DNA of 64,000 nt from Patescibacteria group bacterium (GTDB taxonomy: Bacteria > Patescibacteriota > Minisyncoccia > Minisyncoccales > UBA10102). Positions 1-8,927 of this stretch are shown here, piece after piece. The translations under genes and the position numbers were made by a program. How positions within the stretch are numbered: position 1 is the first letter of the stretch; each line of letters starts with the position of its first letter. Where the stretch lies: the NCBI GenBank assembly GCA_024239055.1, contig JANBVJ010000003.1:504-64503 (forward strand), written 5' to 3'. The notes beneath the pieces were generated by a model. That model saw nothing but the letters and a program-made list of their open reading frames with translations. It made no database searches and was not told the DNA's origin.

Positions 1-67
1 GGTGGATTAGAAGCAGATTCGAAAACAACTGACAGTAACAAAGCATTGATTCTAGAGGGAAGTTGCT

Positions 68-259
68 ATGGTCATGAGTCTTAAAACAGTTCCAAGATAC
101 CAGATTGAAGATTGTGACATGTCAGCATTATTAATGTTAATTGAAGTTCATATTGATGAATTAAACAATAAAAAGAAAAAATCAGAAGGAGAAAAATTCA
201 TGCTTGAACGATTTATTAAATTACATAAGAGGTTGTATGATGAGTTCTTCTACTACTGA
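68..259 (+). CDS. hypothetical protein
   Basis: 63 aa ORF in the co-directional array; overlaps the next ORF. Confidence 0.4.
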   Translation: MVMSLKTVPRYQIEDCDMSALLMLIEVHIDELNNKKKKSEGEKFMLERFIKLHKRLYDEFFYY

Positions 260-584
260 ATACGGAATAGAATATCCAGATTTTGATGAGATAATCAAAG
301 TTTGTAAAAAAAAGATAGAAGAAAAATTTCCAAATTATAAAAATTCATGGAAAGATGAATTTACACCAATAAGTTTTTGGGAAAAAAGACTAAAGGGAGA
401 AATTGAAGAGATTTTTTCAGCAAAATCACCAAAAGAATACGCTAAAGAAATACCAGATGCCATTAACATTCTTGCAATGATGTACACAAATGTAGTAAAG
501 AAATGTACAGTATGTGAAAAATCTATAATAGAATGGCATTCATTGGATGGAAATATTGTATGTTTGGAGTGTTATCTTGGATAA
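237..584 (+). CDS. hypothetical protein; possible all-alpha MazG-like NTP-pyrophosphohydrolase fold plus C-terminal zinc ribbon
   Basis: Start moved to ATGATG at 237 (AGAGG 8 nt upstream). Motif LKGEIEEIFS...EIPDAINILAMMY resembles MazG EExxE...D helices. C-terminus CTVCEK...CLEC. Confidence 0.45.
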   Translation: MMSSSTTEYGIEYPDFDEIIKVCKKKIEEKFPNYKNSWKDEFTPISFWEKRLKGEIEEIFSAKSPKEYAKEIPDAINILAMMYTNVVKKCTVCEKSIIEWHSLDGNIVCLECYLG

Positions 585-810
585 AAGATCATTTCAAATA
601 GCATTTGCAATATATTCATTTATTCTTATAACCTCAGTATTTTTTCTGATTTCATTCTTGGATGGGTATGAAAAGTCAGGGGATTTACTTTTTTTATTGT
701 TAGTAATTTTTAATTCATTAGTAATTGGATATTGTGGAATGAGACTTGGTAAGTGGTATAAAAAATGGATTATATATCAAAAATTTGGAGTTAAAGGTAC
801 TTGGGAATGA
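547..810 (+). CDS. small membrane protein
   Basis: 87 aa with two long hydrophobic segments (FAIYSFILITSVFFLISF, LLFLLLVIFNSLVIGY). Confidence 0.4.
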   Translation: MEILYVWSVILDKRSFQIAFAIYSFILITSVFFLISFLDGYEKSGDLLFLLLVIFNSLVIGYCGMRLGKWYKKWIIYQKFGVKGTWE

Positions 811-950
811 AATTAGATTTAGATGAAAAAAAAATAAAGGATCTTCATTTTGTATTAAGACATGATGTAATAGGTGGATTACTTCCGAGTGATTGCAGAA
901 AATCAATTGAGAAGATCCTAGAAGAACTAGAACTGGAGATAAACAAATGA
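807..950 (+). CDS. hypothetical small protein (47 aa)
   Basis: ATGA overlap with the upstream stop; below the 60 aa track cutoff; translated by hand (MKLDLDEKKIKDLHF...). Confidence 0.35.
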   Translation: MKLDLDEKKIKDLHFVLRHDVIGGLLPSDCRKSIEKILEELELEINK

Positions 951-984
951 GTAGTTTGTTCGTTCGTATTACTAAGGTGAGATA

Positions 985-1206
985 TTGACAACTCTTGAAA
1001 GAAAGTTCTATCCAATAGTTTACATTCTCTTAATTTTCTCATTTGGAACAATAATTACTGGATTAGTTTTTCAAAATATTTTATTTTCATCAATAGGGCT
1101 TTTTGTTTTAGGTATAGGATTTGGTCTAATGATGATGAAGATGAATACAAGGATAAACAAAATAATTAATGAATATGATACACAAAAAAAAGAGAGTATA
1201 GAATAA
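985..1206 (+). CDS. small membrane protein (2 TM)
   Basis: TTG start; hydrophobic YPIVYILLIFSFGTIITGLVF and IGLFVLGIGFGLMMM. Confidence 0.5.
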   Translation: MTTLERKFYPIVYILLIFSFGTIITGLVFQNILFSSIGLFVLGIGFGLMMMKMNTRINKIINEYDTQKKESIE

Positions 1207-1207
1207 A

Positions 1208-1342
1208 ATGATTAGATTTAATCGACCACACACTGAAATTGCAGAATGGTATTGGAATACAGAATACTTGGATTACTCTAATCTAACATTTCCAACAATA
1301 ACAAGTCAGTTAATATCTGAATGGATAAAGTATCATGAGTGA
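1208..1342 (+). CDS. hypothetical small protein (44 aa)
   Basis: ATG 2 nt after the upstream stop; hand translation MIRFNRPHTEIAEWYW...; fills an otherwise empty gap. Confidence 0.3.
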   Translation: MIRFNRPHTEIAEWYWNTEYLDYSNLTFPTITSQLISEWIKYHE

Positions 1343-1457
1343 ACCAAAAGATTCAGTTTGTGAGATATGCGGAAAAATGGCATTAAAATATTACAGGGGA
1401 CAAACGCTTTGTTTAGATCATCATAAGGAACAGGTAGAGATCAATAATGACTATTAA
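1335..1457 (+). CDS. small Cys/His protein (40 aa)
   Basis: Hand translation MSEPKDSVCEICGKMALKYYRGQTLCLDHHKEQ...; overlaps both neighbours. Confidence 0.35.
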   Translation: MSEPKDSVCEICGKMALKYYRGQTLCLDHHKEQVEINNDY

Positions 1458-1662
1458 CAAAGTTAGAAGAACAATTCTCATTGATGAAATTACTGATAAA
1501 AAAATTAGAGATTACCAAGCAGATGCCATAAAATTAACCAGTCATAGTGTAAGTTATTCAGAGATCATTAATCTTTTAGTTGGAATGACACTTACAGATA
1601 CTAAAAAAATGGATCTTGTTTTTGCCAAAATAATAGAAAAAAAAGAGATCAAATCAAAATGA
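1447..1662 (+). CDS. possible ribbon-helix-helix DNA-binding protein
   Basis: N-terminal beta-strand-like RTILIDE followed by two helices (DKKIRDYQADAIK, SYSEIINLLVG), an RHH-like pattern. Confidence 0.45.
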   Translation: MTINKVRRTILIDEITDKKIRDYQADAIKLTSHSVSYSEIINLLVGMTLTDTKKMDLVFAKIIEKKEIKSK

Positions 1663-2072
1663 ATGTTGCAATTGTAGGAACAAGTATTAACTTAACTGAA
1701 AATGAAGAAAGAGACATTAGACAATTCATATCACTAATTTTAAAAAGTCGATATTCAAGTGATGATACGACAGTAATTAGTGGTGGTGCTAAAGGAGTGG
1801 ATTCTTTAGCAATAGAAGTTGCTCAGGGTTTAGGATTCAAAACAAAAATATATCATCCAAAAAAGCAACAATGGGAATATTTCAAAAGAAGAAACTTACA
1901 AATCGCAAATGACTGTGACGAATTACATTGTATATCAGTACCAGTTCACAACAATGAATGTTATCATCATGAAGAACCTGAACCACATGAAAAAACTGCT
2001 GGATGTTGGACTTTGAATAAAGCAAAAGAACTGGATAAATCGACTCAACTAATAGTTACATTAGAAAGATAA
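1659..2072 (+). CDS. SLOG / DprA-like Rossmann-fold protein
   Basis: VAIVGTS...VISGGAKGVDSLAIEVAQGLG matches the GGAxGxD signature of the DprA/LOG/DUF2493-type SLOG fold; ATGA overlap at start. Confidence 0.55.
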   Translation: MNVAIVGTSINLTENEERDIRQFISLILKSRYSSDDTTVISGGAKGVDSLAIEVAQGLGFKTKIYHPKKQQWEYFKRRNLQIANDCDELHCISVPVHNNECYHHEEPEPHEKTAGCWTLNKAKELDKSTQLIVTLER

Positions 2073-2149
2073 TAGAAAAATTTTTACAGATATGGTCAAA
2101 ATTGATGAATGTAGAGTAGTTAAACAATACAACTTCAAACCGCAAGGCA

Positions 2150-2347
2150 ATGGGAGATTACGAGATGTATAAGGAGAACGCAGAACGATGGCAGATAAAG
2201 GAGGCTTTTGATAGTTTCTTTATAGAAAAAGCAAGTCCATATCTTCGTATGAGAAATGATAATAAATTTAACAATGAAATTCACTATATAATGGATCTAA
2301 TATGGAAAAAACAGTTAAAGAATCCATCACAATTTTTCAGTTGCTAA
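2150..2347 (+). CDS. hypothetical protein
   Basis: 65 aa ORF in the co-directional array. Confidence 0.4.
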   Translation: MGDYEMYKENAERWQIKEAFDSFFIEKASPYLRMRNDNKFNNEIHYIMDLIWKKQLKNPSQFFSC

Positions 2348-2399
2348 TCAATATTTTTCAATATTTCAATACAAAAATTAGTAAATATTTGAATGATCG

Positions 2400-2645
2400 T
2401 TGGCTTGTAGAGGAATATGCGATCAGTTCAGAGTAGAGAATGTAGATGTTCGATATTGGACTTACAAACCAGAGTTAATGAGATGTTCACTTTGCGATGT
2501 AATAATTCACAAAGATAATTGGATTAAAAGAGAATCTGGAAGAATTACTTGTCCTTGCTGTGGTATGCAATTAAAGAGAAATTCAACTGGTAAAAGAGCA
2601 AGGGAAAAACGACAGCGAGATTATCTTGAAAAAGTTAGTGCCTAA
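2400..2645 (+). CDS. zinc-ribbon protein (paralog of 8682..8927)
   Basis: TTG start; CRGIC...CSLC...CPCCG..L+R basic tail; same Cys pattern as 8682..8927. Confidence 0.55.
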   Translation: MACRGICDQFRVENVDVRYWTYKPELMRCSLCDVIIHKDNWIKRESGRITCPCCGMQLKRNSTGKRAREKRQRDYLEKVSA

Positions 2646-2913
2646 TAATGTTATCAGATTCAAAGTAAAGAAGGGTAGGCTATCTAAAGATAATATACCG
2701 ATCATACATCTTAGTTATCAAAAAGCAGGTAGAGTAATCAATCTAGTTAGAAAATACAAAGAGATTGGGTTCACAGACTATAACATGGTTGACTTGGCAG
2801 AGATGAGTCAGTCACAATGGAGGCGCAGAGAGTTTCCAATTCCAAAGGGTTACAGGCTTAATTGGGTTAAGATTCTAGTCAAATTAAAGCCAATAGATCT
2901 AATTCATTTGTGA
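2626..2913 (+). CDS. hypothetical protein
   Basis: 95 aa ORF; overlaps the upstream gene end. Confidence 0.45.
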   Translation: MKKLVPNNVIRFKVKKGRLSKDNIPIIHLSYQKAGRVINLVRKYKEIGFTDYNMVDLAEMSQSQWRRREFPIPKGYRLNWVKILVKLKPIDLIHL

Positions 2914-2938
2914 ATTTTTGTTATCCTTTCCAATTATG

Positions 2939-2958
2939 AAGGTGGACAAGTCCACCTT
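2939..2958. promoter_or_regulatory. 20 bp near-perfect palindrome AAGGTGGAC-aa-GTCCACCTT
   Basis: Intergenic, about 45 nt before ATG 3004; contains GGAC/GTCC half-sites. Confidence 0.45.
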
Positions 2959-3003
2959 ATTCGTGTTGAATGCCAATTCCCCTAATGGAAGGGATCTAGT
3001 TTT

Positions 3004-3681
3004 ATGGTAAAAGAAACAAAATATGCAGTTTTAACGACTGATGGATCAGCATTTGTTTGGGATTACAAAGAGAAAGAGATGGTTCAATTACAGAAAGATA
3101 GGATTCCAGCGATCTCAGCAATGAACGATCCAGAGTTAATTCAAAATTCAGATTCAGTAGTGTTTCCTGAAAATCTTGATGATATTAATCCAGAAACTGA
3201 GAAACAAGAGACAGATGAAAAAATATCTTTAGGTTCCAAAACTATTGAAGAAGAAAAAGTTACTGATGATGATGACGATGAACAGTCAATATTAATTCAA
3301 AAGTTACGAGAACATGTAATTAGATTTGAAAGATTACTTGGCAAATTTCTTGATCCAGACTTACCAACATCAAGAAAACTTAGAAAAAAATACATGGAAG
3401 AAAGAGATTTGTTTAGAAAGGAAGGTTACAAGGAATTCATTGATGCAATTGAACTAAAGATTGATGCCCTTTGTATCTATGAAAGTAAATACAACTTAGA
3501 TCAGTTCAATGGAATTGACAGTGAAGATAAAATTAGAGAAGGATACTTTAAGAAAAAAATTGAAGATGCAAAGAAGGGTGATTTCCATTCAGCACAAGAA
3601 GTTGTAAACTCTGTAATGCAAATTGTAATTGAAGAAGAATACGGAGTTCCAAGAAGAAGATTGGTAACTAAGATAAGATGA
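3004..3681 (+). CDS. acidic hypothetical protein
   Basis: 225 aa, D/E-rich (TDDDDDEQ); follows a 20 bp palindrome. Confidence 0.65.
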   Translation: MVKETKYAVLTTDGSAFVWDYKEKEMVQLQKDRIPAISAMNDPELIQNSDSVVFPENLDDINPETEKQETDEKISLGSKTIEEEKVTDDDDDEQSILIQKLREHVIRFERLLGKFLDPDLPTSRKLRKKYMEERDLFRKEGYKEFIDAIELKIDALCIYESKYNLDQFNGIDSEDKIREGYFKKKIEDAKKGDFHSAQEVVNSVMQIVIEEEYGVPRRRLVTKIR

Positions 3682-4196
3682 GTTCTAAAGAACAAGTAAC
3701 AGAAAAAGACTGGAAGTTTTTGAAAATTACTTTGTATGTAAATATAATTTTATTTACATTAGTATTTGCATTATCATTTTTTATTCCAGATGCAGAGGCA
3801 TCTTATCACGATGTTGCATTAGTAGGAGACTTTGAAGGAAAGTTTGATCACAAATCAATCTATGCAGAAGGAGATTATAGAATAAGTAGTGACAAACAGA
3901 CATTTACTTTACTTGGTGATTTTGAAAAAGATGGAAGAGATATGACTTACAACATTAACTGTATAACAATTGTTGGAAAATTAGTTTTAGATAGTAAAGA
4001 AACAAAAGTGTATCTTGACTTTGATGGAAAAAAATGTGAGTATGGCTACATGTCTTTTGTGTTTGGTACATTTGAAACCACAGACTCTACAGGAAAATTT
4101 GCTGGTGTTACAGGTGAAGGAAGAATAAATTTCTACACTAATCATTATGCAAACAATGTCTATGGCACACTACAAGGAACATTCAGATTATTATGA
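3678..4196 (+). CDS. membrane-anchored / exported protein
   Basis: ATGA overlap; N-terminal hydrophobic anchor ITLYVNIILFTLVFALSFFIP, then a beta-rich domain. Confidence 0.65.
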   Translation: MSSKEQVTEKDWKFLKITLYVNIILFTLVFALSFFIPDAEASYHDVALVGDFEGKFDHKSIYAEGDYRISSDKQTFTLLGDFEKDGRDMTYNINCITIVGKLVLDSKETKVYLDFDGKKCEYGYMSFVFGTFETTDSTGKFAGVTGEGRINFYTNHYANNVYGTLQGTFRLL

Positions 4197-4292
4197 TCTC
4201 AAAAAAGCATCCATGCATAGTAAAAGGTTGTCCTATACTTGCAGACGGTTATCAGGAATATTGTATGAAACATTTAGAAATGGTGATTAATA

Positions 4293-5096
4293 ATGAGCAT
4301 GGAAGATAATCCAGAAGGTCATCCTAAATCAGTTGTTTCTCATTCATTAGATCCTGTTGAAAGATTTCAAAGAACAATGGGATGGATAAATTTCATGAAT
4401 TTATCAGACAAGTTTTTCGTTGCTGGAAATGCATTCATGGATCTAATTGGTGAAATTGATGTCTGGTTAAACGACATTAAAGACTTGAATTTGGGAAGAG
4501 ATAATGTTACCAGATTCAAAATACCAGATAGGCTACCAGCAAAAACAATCAAAGAAATAAAACAAATTTGGTATGGCAATTGTTATCTTTATCAAAAAAG
4601 AAACAGGCATCAAGAGATTATTGAACAGAAAGTAATCTATAATCCATTCGTGAAATTTGAAGGTTATGAAACCGTTTTAGATGTTAATGGCAAAGGATCT
4701 TTACCAGCATTAATGCATTTGAATCCTAGATCAAAAACAAAAGACGATGAAGATCCTAGAGTGTTAATTCAAGAACCATTAAGATTTGATGTTGCATACG
4801 ATGGATTTGATGCTGATCAGTTATCACAAGTGTTTGGTTTCAAGTGGGTATTCGCAGATGGAGAGGTACAGATGTTCAATTCTGATGAACAAATTATGAC
4901 ATCAGATGCATTGGTAATGGAAATATCAAGAGAGGCTTACCATAAAATCATTCGATTATTAGTATTAGAGTTCAAGCCACGTAGATACTATATCTATAAT
5001 GTAATTACAAACATCTTAAAGACATACAGAAAGACAATGGATCTTAAATCCCTTCAAGGAATTACTCCATCAAGTGATTATGTTGCTAAGTATTAA
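4293..5096 (+). CDS. hypothetical protein
   Basis: 267 aa ORF; no motif recognised. Confidence 0.65.
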   Translation: MSMEDNPEGHPKSVVSHSLDPVERFQRTMGWINFMNLSDKFFVAGNAFMDLIGEIDVWLNDIKDLNLGRDNVTRFKIPDRLPAKTIKEIKQIWYGNCYLYQKRNRHQEIIEQKVIYNPFVKFEGYETVLDVNGKGSLPALMHLNPRSKTKDDEDPRVLIQEPLRFDVAYDGFDADQLSQVFGFKWVFADGEVQMFNSDEQIMTSDALVMEISREAYHKIIRLLVLEFKPRRYYIYNVITNILKTYRKTMDLKSLQGITPSSDYVAKY

Positions 5097-5325
5097 ACCA
5101 AAAGAAGTAGATGGGTTCGAAATGGTATGCGAAGAGTGTGGTGAAGAATTTGGTGTCACATATTTTGAATACACAGTAGATCAACCAATGTGTAAAATAT
5201 GCAATGATGGTGATGAACCATGTCCAGAGTGTGGAATTGCTCCTAGTCAAGATATTCGAGTTAAGCATATTTGTAAAAATTGTCAAATGAAAAAAGCAAT
5301 TGTTGTTAGTGGTAAGGCTACATAA
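5074..5325 (+). CDS. multi-CxxC zinc-ribbon protein
   Basis: CEECG, CKIC, CPECG and CKNC pairs; true start may be ATG near 5122. Confidence 0.5.
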   Translation: MIMLLSIKPKEVDGFEMVCEECGEEFGVTYFEYTVDQPMCKICNDGDEPCPECGIAPSQDIRVKHICKNCQMKKAIVVSGKAT

Positions 5326-6911
5326 TGGCACAAGAGTATCAACATCTAAGAAACATTAAACGAAAGTCAAAGAATCCAGATGCATTCATTGATCCATTCA
5401 TGGCAAGTATTACATTCTGTCAAGGAAATCGTGGGAGTGGGAAAAGTTCTGTTGATGAGTTAATTGCAGAAGAACATTTCAAAATGGGACATACAGTAAT
5501 CGATCTTCATAGCGCAGGAAACTATGAGTCATTATACTGGTGTATCAAACATGATTGCAGAAAGTTTTGGGATAAATGGAGAGCAGAGCAAGAAAAACTC
5601 CCCGATAACATGATCAAACAGGATGAACCATTACACTGTGATTGTGATACACGTTACAAGATAATCCTAGTTGTACCAGATTATGTTGAATTTGATGAAA
5701 GTGCTTTGGATGAATTCAATGGAAGATTCTACTCAAAGAGTGAATGGTCAGATTTGGGACACATAGATTACGGAAAATTAGTCACAAAATCAACAGGTGA
5801 GAAGGTAAGAGAACTACCAGTTAGATCAGATTATGTAGAATGGATTAAGGTAAGAAAATTAACTATCCCAAACAAAGGATACAAGAACAGAGATCAGTTT
5901 GTCTCAGAATTAACAAACATTATGTTAATGGGACAGAGAGAAAAAAGAATTGTAGTATTAAATCCAATTTTTTACAAAGACATTCCTCATAAATTAGTTA
6001 CATTAGAGAAGATATTAAGAGAAATTCCTGCAATAGTTCAAACTAATTTCAAAGCCATGACACCACGAACTGTAGCCGAACTGCGTGGCGTTGATGAACC
6101 TGTACCGTTCGGTAAATGGACTCCTCAAGAAGAAAATAGACATCGTGTAACAATTTTAATGAGGGAATTCGGATCACTGGTATCATCACAACTAACAGAA
6201 GAAAGAAACCAAGTAATTGTGAAGAAAGCAATCTTTGCATTGGTAAAGGTTCTTAGGCACTTCCATTTATCGCTTGTCGGAGATTTTCAAAGGGCTAACG
6301 ATATTTATTCTGGAGTGCGTGAACAAAGGGACTACTTCGTATGGAAGTGTTCTAACATAGACATCGTATCAGAAGATTATCAGTGGTTACGTACTGACAT
6401 CAAGTTGAGGCGTGATGAAATAATTGAAAAGGGATTACCAGCACAAGCATACGCATTGTTTCCTAACATTGAAGATCTAAAACCAAATCAAATGTATGTA
6501 TTGTATCCACAAAAAAATGAACTAGGAAACCGTTACAAGTTATTCACTGTAAAGATGCCATCATTCCATCATCACCAAGCAGACGATGACTTTGAAGTAG
6601 AGACTGGAATAATAAAAGAGACAGTGAATAGAAAGGGGACATGGAGACATATCATTAAGACAAAGGAAGGAGAGATGGTTGAGAGTGAACGTGACAGATT
6701 AAACGAAGATAAAAAAGTCAGGGAAGCAAACATGACTAAAGTATTTGATATTGCTAATGCACTAATGCATCCAAGTGATCCAACAAAGAAAAAAATGAAA
6801 GCGTTAGAAGTATTCAGTCATCTTGGAGACTTGGGTATTAGACCTGATGGATGGACAATGAGTGCATTTCGTAAGTGGTTGCAACGAGAAAGAAATAAGA
6901 GAGGATTATAG
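5325..6911 (+). CDS. P-loop NTPase (candidate genome-packaging or translocating ATPase)
   Basis: 528 aa; Walker A GNRGSGKSS near the N-terminus; candidate Walker B IILVVPD; family not assignable by eye. Confidence 0.6.
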   Translation: MAQEYQHLRNIKRKSKNPDAFIDPFMASITFCQGNRGSGKSSVDELIAEEHFKMGHTVIDLHSAGNYESLYWCIKHDCRKFWDKWRAEQEKLPDNMIKQDEPLHCDCDTRYKIILVVPDYVEFDESALDEFNGRFYSKSEWSDLGHIDYGKLVTKSTGEKVRELPVRSDYVEWIKVRKLTIPNKGYKNRDQFVSELTNIMLMGQREKRIVVLNPIFYKDIPHKLVTLEKILREIPAIVQTNFKAMTPRTVAELRGVDEPVPFGKWTPQEENRHRVTILMREFGSLVSSQLTEERNQVIVKKAIFALVKVLRHFHLSLVGDFQRANDIYSGVREQRDYFVWKCSNIDIVSEDYQWLRTDIKLRRDEIIEKGLPAQAYALFPNIEDLKPNQMYVLYPQKNELGNRYKLFTVKMPSFHHHQADDDFEVETGIIKETVNRKGTWRHIIKTKEGEMVESERDRLNEDKKVREANMTKVFDIANALMHPSDPTKKKMKALEVFSHLGDLGIRPDGWTMSAFRKWLQRERNKRGL

Positions 6912-7106
6912 TATCCCAATACCCCACCTATTTTGCTAAAACTTTTGCCAACAAACAATGTTTCAATGAAAACATAGAGTCTAACTAAGCAACAAAACAT
7001 TACAAAATAGTTGGTGATCTGATCATCAAATGATCTATGATGCAATTAACAGATTCAATTGCACTACGTAGCAAATTGAATTTTGAGACTGGTTCGGTCT
7101 AAAACA

Positions 7107-7226
7107 TGTCCCAATGCCTGTCCAAGTTGTCCAAAAATATAAAATTGCAGAACAGGATCTGCGACTTGGACATGCGACAGGATCACCATATCTTATCCCG
7201 AAACTTGTCCAATGTCCAAAGTCCAA
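7107..7226. repeat. GTCC(C)AA iteron array
   Basis: TGTCCCAA 7107-7114, TGTCCAA 7119-7125 and 7128-7134, inverted TTGGACA 7166-7172, tandem GTCCAAn x3 at 7207-7226. Confidence 0.6.
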
Positions 7227-7309
7227 AAGGGAAAAAAGAAAAAAAAGAGTTGCTAATAGTGAACCAGACTTATCTATCCGATCGCACCTGCGCAAGAAAA
7301 ATTTTTTTA

Positions 7310-7346
7310 ATTGTTCAGATCATTAGTTGATCTCTATTAGATCAGT
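7310..7346. repeat. Four GATC-centred repeats at exact 11 bp spacing
   Basis: GATC at 7310, 7321, 7332 and 7343 (cAGATCAttag / tTGATCTctat / tAGATCAgtag / tAGATCAaact). Confidence 0.6.
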
Positions 7347-7461
7347 AGTAGATCAAACTAACTAAAATGCAATTTGTCTGACCATTGATCCTCTCAAGAA
7401 AATTAAAATTTTCTAGTTAGTTAAATAAAGTTGTCATGCCACCTTTATCAGAACGAAGTTT

Positions 7462-8388
7462 ATGGATTGGCTAATGTCAGCAGAACAACAATCAGTAGAG
7501 AATCCACTGGAAGGAAAGTATGCAAGAATCACAGATCAAAAACTGATCGAAGAACTAGATAAGACAGAACTATGGATTGCACCAAACGAAACTGATGAAA
7601 CATTCGATATGAAAATCATTTCAGGTCAGTCACATAATTTAAAAAAATCAGCAGAGAATGTAGGACAGTTAAGACCAATTGAAGTAGCAGTTTGGAAAGA
7701 AGATCCTAATGCAAAGAGTGACAACTCACCAGAAAGAATTCACATGCGAATCATCAATGGTAGACATCGTTACAGACAGAATCCAAATTGGAGAAGAGAG
7801 TATTATGACTTTGGTGTTTACGAGAAAGATAAAGTAGATCCTGTATTGGAATACTATCTTGCAAGGGGACACTTCGATATGCAGAAGAAAGCATCAAGAG
7901 AAGAACGAAGAGTCCTTGTCATTGACATGGCAACAAGAATGATGAAACAAGGAAAACCTGCACCAGAATGTTGTGGTGAGATTGTAAAGGTGATGGAGAA
8001 TCAAGGAATATCAAATGAAAATTCCATCAGAGAAGTTTGTCCAAGAGAGTTCAAGGATCAAGAACATGCTGAAAGAAAAGCAGGTAAGACTTTTGAAAAA
8101 GCAGGAAGAGACACTAAAGAAGTTGTCAAACTCAAAAAGGTCGCAGGAGAAAAATACAAAGACATGGAGGACAAGAAAATTCTCTTAGAAACTGAGTACA
8201 CTAAAATCCAAAAAGAAAACATTGACTTGTATTCTGATCTAAAGAAACAACATGATACATTAGATGAAGTGGAATCAAAGTTGAGAGTTCTTGGTGAGAT
8301 GGGTACAAAGATAAAGTGTAAGTGCGGTAATGAAATTCCAGTGAAAGTAGATGTAACATCTTCAAAGATCATTGCAGAAAAGCAATGA
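7462..8388 (+). CDS. ParB-like nuclease-domain protein with coiled-coil C-terminal half
   Basis: LRPIEVAVW...RIINGRHRYRQN resembles the ParB/Srx core (xGxHR); K/E-rich coiled coil; lies just downstream of the iteron region. Confidence 0.55.
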   Translation: MDWLMSAEQQSVENPLEGKYARITDQKLIEELDKTELWIAPNETDETFDMKIISGQSHNLKKSAENVGQLRPIEVAVWKEDPNAKSDNSPERIHMRIINGRHRYRQNPNWRREYYDFGVYEKDKVDPVLEYYLARGHFDMQKKASREERRVLVIDMATRMMKQGKPAPECCGEIVKVMENQGISNENSIREVCPREFKDQEHAERKAGKTFEKAGRDTKEVVKLKKVAGEKYKDMEDKKILLETEYTKIQKENIDLYSDLKKQHDTLDEVESKLRVLGEMGTKIKCKCGNEIPVKVDVTSSKIIAEKQ

Positions 8389-8585
8389 CTCAAACCTTTT
8401 TTTCTGGTCAACGATTGATTATAATTTTAATTGGTTTAGCATTTCTTGGATTATTCTTAAATGGATTTTTAATAGAAAGTATGTTAGTCAAAGGATTCAT
8501 TACTGCATTAATTATTCCTGCGTTTCTTTTTTCATTATATCTTGTTATGAAGGAATACGAAAAAGACTATGCCGAGATCAAGTGA
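8385..8585 (+). CDS. small membrane protein (2 TM)
   Basis: ATGA overlap; LIIILIGLAFLGLFLNGFLI and FITALIIPAFLFSLYLV. Confidence 0.5.
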   Translation: MTQTFFSGQRLIIILIGLAFLGLFLNGFLIESMLVKGFITALIIPAFLFSLYLVMKEYEKDYAEIK

Positions 8586-8681
8586 TTGTGAAATTTGGTT
8601 GTGCAATAAATGTACAGATGAGAATTGTGATCATTACTGTCATCAGCAAAAAAGTCCAGATAAAAAATTAGTTGAAGTTTA

Positions 8682-8927
8682 ATGGCGAAAACAACTTCAC
8701 AGAATAAACATTGTCGAGGAATATGTGTAAGACACAAAGTAAGGAAAACAAAGTTAGCACAATCTTGGTACTCAATTGAAGGAGCAAAATATTGTTCAAG
8801 GTGTGGTGAGTTCATCAAGTGGGAAGGTTTTCACTGTCCTTGTTGTGGTGGTAGGTTACGATCAAGACCAAGAACAAATCTTGCAATTGATAAATATAGG
8901 CAAAGGAAAAAGGTCGTGTACCAATGA
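8682..8927 (+). CDS. zinc-ribbon protein (paralog of 2400..2645)
   Basis: CRGIC...CSRC...CPCCGGRLRSRPR; same architecture as 2400..2645. Confidence 0.6.
   Translation: MAKTTSQNKHCRGICVRHKVRKTKLAQSWYSIEGAKYCSRCGEFIKWEGFHCPCCGGRLRSRPRTNLAIDKYRQRKKVVYQ

Larger units (their letters stand above)
6912..7461. promoter_or_regulatory. Origin-like / partition-site-like noncoding region
   Basis: 550 nt without a credible ORF. Contains a CTACGTAG palindrome (7064-7071), GTCC(C)AA iterons, the nested repeat AGGATC-TGCGAC-TTGGACA-TGCGAC-AGGATC (7154-7184), and GATC clusters. Confidence 0.5.

Noticed and set aside
5325-6911. Calling this ORF a terminase large subunit
   Set aside because: Only a Walker A is clear. 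I could not identify a Walker B DE, a coupling motif or RNaseH-like nuclease acidic residues by eye, so I kept it as a generic P-loop NTPase.
7035-7330. ORFs 7035..7295(-), 7106..7330(+), 7114..7326(+), 6818..7045(-)
   Set aside because: They run through the iteron/GATC repeat arrays in mutually overlapping frames, so the region reads better as regulatory DNA.
8372-8671. 99 aa + ORF
   Set aside because: It is an alternative frame to the ATGA-coupled 2-TM ORF 8385..8585 and has poor composition.
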